Shown: positions 1 through 7,459, numbered from the stretch's first letter. The stretch: DNA of 14,938 bases from Candidatus Methylomirabilales bacterium (GCA_046758505.1 JBHIAH010000064.1:1-14938); one strand, 5' to 3'. Notes: generated from the letters alone by a model not told the origin. A program made the numbers and translations.

Positions 1-1568
1 CGGTCTGTGAGGGCGGCCTCGGCAGGCGAGAGTTGGGGCCGGTGTGCCGCCAGGCGGACCCGGTCCCGGTCCGAGGCCACCTCTCCCGCCTCCATCAGGT
101 CGCTGAGGAGCTGGGCGAAGAGGGGGGGGGAGACTCCCCCCGCCAGGCGGCTTCGAAGCTCCTCCTTGGAAATCCCTTCTCGCAGCGGGTGCTGGACGTG
201 GAACTGTTTGAGCAGGCTGAGGAGCGTCCCCCGGAGATCTGCATAGACTTCGCGATGGAGGTAGGTCTCTCCCTCCCGCCCCTTGAGCATGATAATCTCC
301 CCGGCGGCCAGGAGCTCTTGCAGTTGCTCCCGGATGGCCTCGGGGTCCAGGCCGGCGAGGGATTGGAGCGTCACGAGAGGGAGGGGGGAGGCGCTGCGAC
401 GCTTCACGAGTTCCAGGAGACGGTCCCGAGAGGACCCCTGCTCCAGGATCTTGAGCCGGGCAACCACCTCCGGTCGCCTCCGTCGCTTGAGCGAGGGGGA
501 AGGGTCCAGGATGACCCCGCCCCCGATCGTGGTAGCGGGGGAGTAGCTGCGGAGGACATACCGATCATGGAGGACGGCGGCGGTGGGTCGTTCCAGGCGG
601 AGGTGGACATAGCTCTCCTCGCCGGGGGTCAGCTTCTCGCGATCGAGCAGAATGACCCGGGCAAGGATCTCGGCCGTTCCCAGATGGAAGCGGACGCGCG
701 CGCGGTTGGCCAGCGGCTTGGGGGCGTCCGGGAGGAGGGCAAGGGTGGCCTCCAGCGAGGTGCTGGTCCGGAGCGTGTCGGGGAGACAGAGGATATCCCC
801 CCGCGCGATTTGGTCGGTCTCGAGGCCGGGAAGGTTGACCGCCGTTCGCTGTCCTGCCAGGGCGCGTTCCATGCTCTCATTATGGACCTGGAGCCGCCGA
901 ACCCTCGAGCGCAGGTCCTTCGGCAGGACAGCGACCTCGTCGCCAACGGCGAGAGAGCCCGTCCAGAGGGTTCCGGTCACGACGGTGCCGAAGCCCCGAA
1001 TGGTGAAGACCCGGTCGATGGGCAGGCGGGCGATCCCGTCCCCGCGCCGCGAGTGCGGCGCGACACTGAGGCCGGCGAGCGCATCTCGGAGTTCGGCAAG
1101 CCCCTCACCGCTCAGGGCAGAGACCGGGAGGATGGGCGCCTCCTGAAGGAACGTTCCTGCCAGAAAGGTCCGGATCTCCTCCTGCACGAGATCGAGCCAC
1201 TCCGAGTCCACCAGATCCTTCTTGGTGAGGGCGACGAGTCCCCGGCGGATGCCCAGGAGTTCACAGATGTGGAGATGTTCGCGGGTCTGGGGCATCACCC
1301 CTTCGTCGGCGGCGATGACCAGGATGACCAGATCGATTCCGCCCACGCCGGCCAGCATCGTCTTGACGAACCGTTCGTGCCCCGGAACATCCACAATGCC
1401 GAGGGTGATCTCTTCGCCGAGGCGCAGGAAGGCAAAGCCAAGCTCGATAGAGATGCCGCGTTCCTTCTCCTCTCTCAGCCGGTCGGTGTCGATTCCGGTG
1501 AGGGCCTTCACCAGGGCGGTCTTGCCGTGGTCGATATGGCCGGCGGTCCCAACGATGACGTGTTTCAT
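1..1568 (-). CDS. selB: Selenocysteine-specific translation elongation factor SelB (3' end beyond left edge)
   Basis: Manual translation from ATG at 1568: MKHVIVGTAGHIDHGKTALVKALTGIDTDRLREEKERGISIELGFA...IVDVPGHERFVKTMLAGVGGID...EGVMPQTREHL...LPIDRVFTIRGFGTVVTGTL...FHVQHPLREGISKEELRSRL. Translational GTPase motifs plus SelB-type C-terminal region. No stop inside the window, so the ORF track omits it. Confidence 0.97.
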   Translation of the reverse strand, partial: MKHVIVGTAGHIDHGKTALVKALTGIDTDRLREEKERGISIELGFAFLRLGEEITLGIVDVPGHERFVKTMLAGVGGIDLVILVIAADEGVMPQTREHLHICELLGIRRGLVALTKKDLVDSEWLDLVQEEIRTFLAGTFLQEAPILPVSALSGEGLAELRDALAGLSVAPHSRRGDGIARLPIDRVFTIRGFGTVVTGTLWTGSLAVGDEVAVLPKDLRSRVRRLQVHNESMERALAGQRTAVNLPGLETDQIARGDILCLPDTLRTSTSLEATLALLPDAPKPLANRARVRFHLGTAEILARVILLDREKLTPGEESYVHLRLERPTAAVLHDRYVLRSYSPATTIGGGVILDPSPSLKRRRRPEVVARLKILEQGSSRDRLLELVKRRSASPLPLVTLQSLAGLDPEAIREQLQELLAAGEIIMLKGREGETYLHREVYADLRGTLLSLLKQFHVQHPLREGISKEELRSRLAGGVSPPLFAQLLSDLMEAGEVASDRDRVRLAAHRPQLSPAEAALTD

Positions 1569-1612
1569 GGAAAGTCCTTGGGGGCCTTGGTCCGTAAACG
1601 TTTCCCTTGAAA

Positions 1613-1641
1613 ATTATACGAGGAGCCTGCAAAAACCTCAA
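1613..1641 (-). promoter_or_regulatory. sigma70-type promoter of selB
   Basis: Minus strand TTGAGG-17 bp-TATAAT (-35 at 1641-1636, perfect -10 at 1618-1613), about 45 bp upstream of the selB ATG. Confidence 0.75.
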
Positions 1642-1822
1642 TGGATTTCCCCGCTGTGCGTGCCCGGGCCGCTGGGCCACCCGCTCCCAGGATGGCGCGC
1701 CCCCCCTGGGCTGCCTGCAGCGGTAATCACGCTGTGCACGGATGACGGTGGGCTGGACAGGCACCTGCGGGGAATCGCCGGTCTGTCGCATCTGGTGCGC
1801 ATCCCGCGCGGCCGCAAAGACT

Positions 1823-1843
1823 TGATCGTGGAGGGGACGATCA
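1823..1843 (-). terminator. Possible weak terminator/3' hairpin after the orphan membrane gene
   Basis: TGATCGT-CCCCTCC-ACGATCA 7-bp stem 5 bp after the stop codon, followed by AGTCTTT (poor U-tract). Confidence 0.3.
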
Positions 1844-1848
1844 CCCGC

Positions 1849-2487
1849 TCAGTGGGGCGAAACAGGTGAGAAGCCCAGGAATATAAACACCGGAATGAGC
1901 ATCAGGGTGCTGGAGATGCCCAGGATCATGGCGAGGAAGGATCCGGGCATGGTTTTCCGTCCGCCCCGTCCGCCATGTTCCCGTTGCGACAGGAGGACGG
2001 CGACATACCGGCATATAAGAGAAATGCCCTTGGCCAACGCCAGCAGTCCGACAGCCATGAGCGGATGATCTCGGCCAAAGGCCCAGATCTCCTGCCAACC
2101 CTGCACCAGGCCACCAGCTTTATAGGCAGCCGCCGTGGATAGTGCCGCGAAAAAGATGCTGATCTCTGGCTCTCGGAGATATTTTCCCACGGGTGGAAGG
2201 ACGGTCAGGAGCAGGCCAAAGAGGAAGCCCGATATAGCACTGATCCAGAGGGGAACGATCCGAGGGAGGCCAGCCGCGGGGGCGGAGGGGAGCGGGGAGG
2301 CGATCCAATACCCCCCGCCAACCTCGAAAAAGAGGGCCAGGAGCATGGCCTGCCCGGCAGGCATCAGGACCAGGTTCACCAGGGCCAACCCCTGGCGATT
2401 GCGGCGCCGGGCCCGCTCTTCCACCAGTGAAACGATCCGCCACTGGAAGAGCGTCGTGGCAACCCCGTAGGCAACGATGGCGCTCAC
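1849..2487 (-). CDS. Hypothetical multi-pass membrane protein (start uncertain; frame open up to 2715)
   Basis: About 6-7 hydrophobic segments (e.g. LALVNLVLMPAGQAMLLALFF, IVPLWISAISGFLFGLLLTVL, FLAMILGISSTLMLIPVFIFLGF). The first ~65 codons of the 288-aa ORF look non-coding; in-frame GTG at 2487 chosen tentatively, no clear SD. Confidence 0.6.
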   Translation of the reverse strand: MSAIVAYGVATTLFQWRIVSLVEERARRRNRQGLALVNLVLMPAGQAMLLALFFEVGGGYWIASPLPSAPAAGLPRIVPLWISAISGFLFGLLLTVLPPVGKYLREPEISIFFAALSTAAAYKAGGLVQGWQEIWAFGRDHPLMAVGLLALAKGISLICRYVAVLLSQREHGGRGGRKTMPGSFLAMILGISSTLMLIPVFIFLGFSPVSPH

Positions 2488-2677
2488 CGCCGCCGGCAGA
2501 GATGCAAGGCCTCCGACAACCCCGAGCGGCCTTGGGAGGCATCTTTCTCTGTCAACCTCGGAAGACAGCCCGTGCCCGCGGGCACGAAACCCCCGTGAGC
2601 AGGGCGAACCCACCGTCTCCGTGCCCTCGTCTTTCGCGTCGAGTGCGATCTGGCCTCTCCTCGGCTCGTTTCCCCAC

Positions 2678-2707
2678 GTCCCCGGCCGGTGATTCCGGCC
2701 GGGGGAC
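2678..2707 (-). other. GC-rich stem-loop just downstream of satP
   Basis: GTCCCC(C)GGCCGG-AATCA-CCGGCCGGGGAC, 12-bp stem with one bulge, 17 bp after the stop; no U-tract, so probably a 3' stabilising hairpin or pause site. Confidence 0.55.
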
Positions 2708-2724
2708 AGCTGCACCTGACGCTG

Positions 2725-3297
2725 CTACTTCTTGATCGGCCCGATCGGCAGCACGGTCCTGCCGAAGGAGTCGTTGAGAATCCCTGCGGCCATGAGGTAC
2801 CAGGCCGTCCCCGCGCAGAAGATCCCCTCCCAGCCGGCGATCCGGCCGATGACCACGCTGCCCGTCCAGACGTGGATGTCCAGCAGGATGAACAGGATTT
2901 CAAGCGTGACGAAGATCCAGATCAAGGCCTTGCTGTGCGCGAAAGTGGCCACCATCAGGACGAAGGTGAAGATCGTCCAGGCTATGAGCGTCACCAGCAG
3001 CCACCCCCCCGCCTTCTCCGCCGGCATGATGCCGTTGAACTCGAAGAGCACCATGCTGGCCAGCGCGATCCAGAAGGCGCCGTAGGAGCCGAACGCGGTC
3101 ATCCCGAAGGTGTTTCCGGTGCGGAATTCCAGGAACCCCGCGACCAGCTGGGCTAAGCCCCCGTAAAAGAGCCCCAGCGGCAGCGCCGCGCCGATATCGA
3201 CGATGCCGGCGTTATGGACATTGAGGACAAAGGTCGTGAGAGCAAAACCGCCCAGGCCCAGGGGTGCAGGGTTCGCGAGCTTGATGTCGTTCGCCAT
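2725..3297 (-). CDS. satP: Acetate uptake transporter, GPR1/FUN34/YaaH (SatP) family
   Basis: 190 aa; family signature ANPAPLGL, plus FYGGLAQ and [16 protein letters not shown]; about 6 TM helices; SD AAGGAG 7 nt before ATG. Confidence 0.93.
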   Translation of the reverse strand: MANDIKLANPAPLGLGGFALTTFVLNVHNAGIVDIGAALPLGLFYGGLAQLVAGFLEFRTGNTFGMTAFGSYGAFWIALASMVLFEFNGIMPAEKAGGWLLVTLIAWTIFTFVLMVATFAHSKALIWIFVTLEILFILLDIHVWTGSVVIGRIAGWEGIFCAGTAWYLMAAGILNDSFGRTVLPIGPIKK

Positions 3298-3607
3298 GAC
3301 TTTTCTCCTTTTCTTCGCAGATCGACTGTGGTGTCAGCCAGTCTGCCCTGCCCGCCAGCATCGCTTGCCCCTCACATATTCGATCCCTCTGCTCACTCGT
3401 GTTGAGGGCGGAACGGTCTCACCTTTTCATGCTCGGGGATGCTGTCGGGAGGGCGGCGCTGGTAAGGGGGACCCCTCGAACGGTTCTGCCGGCCCCACTC
3501 CCTGCAAAGGAAATCCGGCCGTCGGGGCATCCCCATTCTCCTTTGGCCAAGGGACGTATCAGTCTATGTAGTCCTGGGCGTCCTTCGGCACGTGGATGGG
3601 CACACAG

Positions 3608-3652
3608 AGTATGGGACAGGTTCCCCCACCCTGCGCTATTAAAGGTTTATCA
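3608..3652 (-). promoter_or_regulatory. Putative Crp-family operator with a downstream -10 element, upstream of satP
   Basis: TATTA-AAGGTT-TATCA at 3637-3652 (13/16 identical to the site at 4474-4489); minus-strand CATACT at 3613-3608 as candidate -10. Confidence 0.5.
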
Positions 3653-3666
3653 TTCGGGTGGGATCT

Positions 3667-4350
3667 TTAGACGGTGGCGTTGAGGTAGGCGGAGGCTTTA
3701 TCCGTGTCGACGACCAGGGATCGGCCGCGAAAGGTGACGATACCGTCCCGGGCAAGTTCGGAGAGCTGCATCGTGACCGTCACCCGGCTGACGCCGATCA
3801 AGTCGGCCAGCGTCTGCCGGGTCAGGGGCAGGGCGATCTCGATCCCGTCTCCCGCCTCGTGGCCGTGCTGCTTGCACAGCTTCAGGAGAAGGCGGGCCAG
3901 CTTTTCTTTCGCCCAGGCGTGGGTGAGATCCGAGAGTTCCTCCTCGACCTCGAGCAGCCTCTTCAGCACGAGGCGGGTGAAATTCAGGGCGAGCGCCGGG
4001 ACCGAGGCGAGCAGCTGGAGAAAGGCGTTCTTTGGGATCACCGTCAGGACCACATGATCCATCGCCACGGCGTGGAAGGGGCGCTGGTCGGCAACGAGGA
4101 TGAATTCCCCGAAGATGTCATTGGGCTTGCAAATGCAGAGGATGGTTTCCGCCCTCTCCGAGATGGAGACGAGCTTGACATACCCCTTCCGGACGACGAA
4201 GATCGCCTTCGGTGAGTCCCCGGCAGAAAAAATGACCCTCCCCTTTCGGTAGGTGCGTTCGACCGCCACCCGGCCGATGGCGGCGATCTCCTCTGCGGAA
4301 AGCCCCTGTAACAGTGCACCGAGATCCATGGAAGGCCGGCCACGCTTCAT
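3667..4350 (-). CDS. Crp/Fnr-family transcriptional regulator
   Basis: cNMP-binding-type domain (KGRVIFSAGD, FVVRKGYVKL, FGEF...RPFHAVA) and C-terminal HTH (LTRQTLADLIGVSRVTVTMQLSEL). Start ATG 4350 preceded by GAGGTG; ATG 4329 is an alternative. Confidence 0.95.
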   Translation of the reverse strand: MKRGRPSMDLGALLQGLSAEEIAAIGRVAVERTYRKGRVIFSAGDSPKAIFVVRKGYVKLVSISERAETILCICKPNDIFGEFILVADQRPFHAVAMDHVVLTVIPKNAFLQLLASVPALALNFTRLVLKRLLEVEEELSDLTHAWAKEKLARLLLKLCKQHGHEAGDGIEIALPLTRQTLADLIGVSRVTVTMQLSELARDGIVTFRGRSLVVDTDKASAYLNATV

Positions 4351-4472
4351 CGAGGGGACTTCACCTCTCCTCTGCCGCCCGCGCGATCTTCCGTCCATCA
4401 TGTAAGACCTCTACTAGAATTCCATTCCTGCATATACCACACAGGGTGATCAGAAGAAAGCGCTCTGCGCCA

Positions 4473-4490
4473 ATGTCAAAGGTTTAACAT
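4473..4490. promoter_or_regulatory. Imperfect palindrome, Crp/Fnr-family-like operator upstream of the regulator gene
   Basis: ATGTCAAAGGTTTAACAT = TGTCA-N6-TAACA, matching the Crp-family geometry TGTGA-N6-TCACA; AT-rich island in GC-rich DNA. Confidence 0.6.
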
Positions 4491-4905
4491 ATCGGTCGTC
4501 TTGCCGTGTCCGGGCAATTTGGTTCACCTGCGTTGGCCGGACACCGGAGCGGGGGATGCCAGCGGAATGGTGGACCGTCCCGGGACGGCCCCCTTCGCAG
4601 GGGCGTGGTTTCGGTTGGTCAGGGGTTGATGGTTTGAGCCCCGCCGGGGAGTCGCGGTGGTGTGGACGCGGATTGAAAAGTGGGTGAACGATCACTGGCT
4701 TACCATATGTGGGGAGCATTGCCTACTCCCCTCCTTAATCCAGTTCCTGGTCCCGGGGGAAGCAAAGCTCCCCCCTGGCGTTTATTTGGTGAAGTGGCGG
4801 TAAGTTGCGGAGGCCCTCCGGCCGGCATGAGGCCCTGGTGTTGGGGGGGGCCGCGGCGGCTGAGTACGGGGGATGGGGAATCGAAGCGGGTGAAGGGGAC
4901 GGGGG

Positions 4906-5682
4906 TCACCGGGCGGGGGCGGGATCGGCGGCCGGCGTGTAGAGGATCCGCTCGGGGTGGGTGTAGAGATTGAAGCCGTCCCCCCGGGCGTAGCCGATCA
5001 GCGTAATCCCCAGCTGCTTGGCCCCCTCGATCGCGAGGGAGGTGGGGGAAGTCCGTGAGATGATGAAGGGGGTCCCCATGTGGGCTCCCTTGCGGAGCAT
5101 CTCCGACGAGATCCGCCCCGTGCTCAAGAGCAGTCGCCCCCCGGTCTGGATCTGGGAGAGCAGCGCCTCCCCCATGATCTTGTCCAGGGCGTTGTGGCGG
5201 CCCACGTCCTCGGCCACAATGAGCAGCTTCTCTCCGTCACTCAGGGCGGCCCCGTGGACGCCTCGGGTGGCCATGTAGAGGGTGCAGGCCTCAAAGAGCT
5301 GCCGCATGAGGGGATAGACCTGCTCCGGACGCAGCGGGTCATCGGACAGGATGGGGGGGTATTGCCGAAGCGCCAGCGAGAAGGTGATCCCCCCACTGCA
5401 GCCCGAGGTGAAGACGCGCCGGGTGGGGGGGGTGAACGGCTTGGTGAGGGTGACCTCGGCAACGCCCATCTCTTCGTGGATCTCGAGCGAGGCGATCTCG
5501 GACAGATCCCGGATGATCCCCTCGAAGGAGAGGAACCCCACCACGAGACAGTCCAGCTTGACCGGCGTGCTCATCATCGTGGCGAGCTCCTGGCCGTTCA
5601 CCAGGATGGTCAGGGGCCGTTCGGTGACCACCCCCTTCTCCAGTCCCTCGAATCGTCCCCCCTTGAATCGGTAGATCCCCAC
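4906..5682 (-). CDS. fdhD: Formate dehydrogenase accessory sulfurtransferase FdhD
   Basis: 258 aa; ERPLTILVNG, TSGCSGG, TRGVHGAAL, EDVGRHNALDKIMG, STGRISSEMLRK, SRTSPTSLAI, GITLIGYARG, YTHPERI. Confidence 0.97.
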   Translation of the reverse strand: MGIYRFKGGRFEGLEKGVVTERPLTILVNGQELATMMSTPVKLDCLVVGFLSFEGIIRDLSEIASLEIHEEMGVAEVTLTKPFTPPTRRVFTSGCSGGITFSLALRQYPPILSDDPLRPEQVYPLMRQLFEACTLYMATRGVHGAALSDGEKLLIVAEDVGRHNALDKIMGEALLSQIQTGGRLLLSTGRISSEMLRKGAHMGTPFIISRTSPTSLAIEGAKQLGITLIGYARGDGFNLYTHPERILYTPAADPAPAR

Positions 5683-5699
5683 GCGATCCCCACCCCCGC

Positions 5700-6713
5700 C
5701 TAGTAGATGTTAAAGGGCCACTTCGATGGCGGGAAGGGGAGGGGCTTCTTGATTTCACCGCCCCAGACGATGATATACCGCAGGATCAGCCCGCCCGCCA
5801 GGACCATCAGGAACTTCACGTACAACAGCCAGTCCGCATGCACATGGAGGACTCTGACCAGGTAGACTTCCCCGAGACTCGCCAGGAAGGGGAGCGCCAG
5901 GGCCAAGGCGATAAACCCCCACCAGAACCAGGGGGAGAGGTTGCCCTCGGTGAGGACCTTGTACACGAGGGTCTGCCCGGTATTCCCAGCCGCAAAGGCG
6001 GCGAGCATGATATAGATCCAGCCGGCCTCGAGGATGATGACCAGCGTATCAAAGAGGCTTATCGGCCCGGCGGTCTCCGCGGCTCCCCGCAATTCTCGCC
6101 CCGCAATGCCCGGAAGCTTGAGGTGCTCGGCTGCCAGTGCCGTGAGTCCGCAGGCGGCGAGCCCGGTGGAGAGTCCTGAGATGAGGAACAGGACCGGGAT
6201 GTATCTCGTGTCCCAGAGGGGCGTAAACCAGTTCCCGCCGGCGACTTGCCACGATCCGGACAGGAGGAATCCGGTGTACAGCGCCATCCCGGCCCCGGTC
6301 GGAATGGAGAGGAGCGCGAGGATGAGGCGGGTGGAGCGCTGGAGCCGAAAGTACCAGTAGACGGCATACGCCACGTTGAGGGGGAAAAAGACGGCGATGA
6401 TCCAGCCGCCGATGGTGAGCCAGGATTTGTAGTTGCTCATGAACACGGGAAAGAGAACCCCCCGCTCCGGCTTGCCGAGGTGGAGGGTGAGTGCGAGACC
6501 GCCGATAATGATGATCGGCAGGGTGATATACGCGGCGATGCGGGAGAGGGCCTGGTATCGCTCGTCCCTCCCGCCGAGAAGATCCGCGAGGGCCGCCACC
6601 AAGAGGGTCCCTCCGGCCATCCCCCCGAGAAAGAGATACCAGGGGATGTTGAAACTTGTACCCCACTTGTGGGTCATCAGGATGATGGGTTCTAACTGTT
6701 GAATTGGGGGCAT
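5700..6713 (-). CDS. NrfD/PsrC-family membrane anchor subunit
   Basis: 337 aa from ATG 6713 (SD GGAGGAGG); W...IPWYLFLGGMAGG, HLGKPER, SWLTIGGWII, YTGFLLS, PLW...PVLFLISGLSTGLA, FWWG, GGLILRYIIV; about 8 TM helices. Confidence 0.93.
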   Translation of the reverse strand: MPPIQQLEPIILMTHKWGTSFNIPWYLFLGGMAGGTLLVAALADLLGGRDERYQALSRIAAYITLPIIIIGGLALTLHLGKPERGVLFPVFMSNYKSWLTIGGWIIAVFFPLNVAYAVYWYFRLQRSTRLILALLSIPTGAGMALYTGFLLSGSWQVAGGNWFTPLWDTRYIPVLFLISGLSTGLAACGLTALAAEHLKLPGIAGRELRGAAETAGPISLFDTLVIILEAGWIYIMLAAFAAGNTGQTLVYKVLTEGNLSPWFWWGFIALALALPFLASLGEVYLVRVLHVHADWLLYVKFLMVLAGGLILRYIIVWGGEIKKPLPFPPSKWPFNIY

Positions 6714-6765
6714 GCTTATCCCTCCTCCCGATACAGCCAGAACTGGCAAAGGCCGTAAAGAGGAA

Positions 6766-6804
6766 ATCCCCACCGGCGACCCCGACGAGGGCGCCGGTGG
6801 GGAT
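6766..6804 (-). terminator. Strong intra-operon hairpin (terminator/attenuator or RNA stabiliser) between fdhB and the anchor gene
   Basis: Perfect 13-bp inverted repeat ATCCCCACCGGCG (6766-6778) / CGCCGGTGGGGAT (6792-6804), followed on the mRNA strand by TTCCTCTTT. Confidence 0.7.
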
Positions 6805-6847
6805 CCCGGTTACTCCCGTGCAGAACGAAGCTTCCGCCTTCGGTGCG

Positions 6848-7459
6848 CTAGAACCGCCCGCCTGCTGGATAGGCGGTCCCCCATCCCCAGGCACCTCCGC
6901 CGGAGCCGCGGGCGGCCATCCGGGTCCGCACCACCTTGGCCACCTCTTCGGCATCCCCAGCCACCAGCGCCTTAGTGGAGCAGATCGAGGCGCACATGGG
7001 CAGCTTCCCCTCTGCGATCCGGTTCGACCCGTACATCCGCCGCTCCCTCTCCGAGAGGGGCTCTTCGGGCCCGCCGGCGCAGTAGGTGCACTTGTCCATG
7101 ACCCCTCGCGCCCCGAAGGGGCTGGACTTGGGGAACTGTGGCGCCCCGAAGGGACAGGCGTACAGGCAATACCCGCACCCGATGCAGACATCCTTGTTGA
7201 TGAGGACGATGCCGTCCGGCCGAGTGTACAGGGCGTCCACCGGACAGACCGCCACGCACGGTGCCTTCGAGCAGTGCATGCAGGGGACGGCCACGTTGGT
7301 CTCCCCCGGCACCCCCTCGTTCACCGTGACCACTCGGATGCGAGCAATGCCCTGCGGGACGTTATTCTCGTTCTTGCACGCGACCTCGCAGCCGCCGCAT
7401 TCGATGCAGCGCTTGACGTCGATGTAGAACTTCATCCGCGCAGGCGTCAATTGCGCCAT
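6848..7459 (-). CDS. fdhB: Formate dehydrogenase iron-sulfur (beta) subunit, 4x[4Fe-4S]
   Basis: CIECGGCEVAC, CMHCSKAPCVAVCP, CIGCGYCLYACPFGAPQFP, MDKCTYCAGGPE...YGSNRIAEGKLPMCASICSTKAL; no C-terminal TM helix; SD TAAGGAGG. Confidence 0.95.
   Translation of the reverse strand: MAQLTPARMKFYIDVKRCIECGGCEVACKNENNVPQGIARIRVVTVNEGVPGETNVAVPCMHCSKAPCVAVCPVDALYTRPDGIVLINKDVCIGCGYCLYACPFGAPQFPKSSPFGARGVMDKCTYCAGGPEEPLSERERRMYGSNRIAEGKLPMCASICSTKALVAGDAEEVAKVVRTRMAARGSGGGAWGWGTAYPAGGRF

Noticed and set aside
33..1610. 525-aa plus-strand ORF
   Set aside because: Antisense shadow of selB; no recognisable motifs, typical of high-GC DNA.
1638..1844. 68-aa minus-strand ORF upstream of selB
   Set aside because: Pro/Arg/Ser/Gly-rich, weak SD, start buried in a hairpin, and overlaps the selB -35 element.
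4620..4905. Possible tRNA-Sec (selC) or remnant, from TTCGATTCCCC and GCTCAAA on the minus strand
   Set aside because: No paired T-stem, no CTTCAAA anticodon loop, and no cloverleaf could be built.
6714..6773. N-terminal extension of the NrfD ORF
   Set aside because: The strong SD precedes ATG 6713, and the extension begins inside the hairpin.
6049..7191. 380-aa minus-strand ORF spanning fdhB and the anchor gene
   Set aside because: Alternative frame of two well-supported genes; low-complexity composition.
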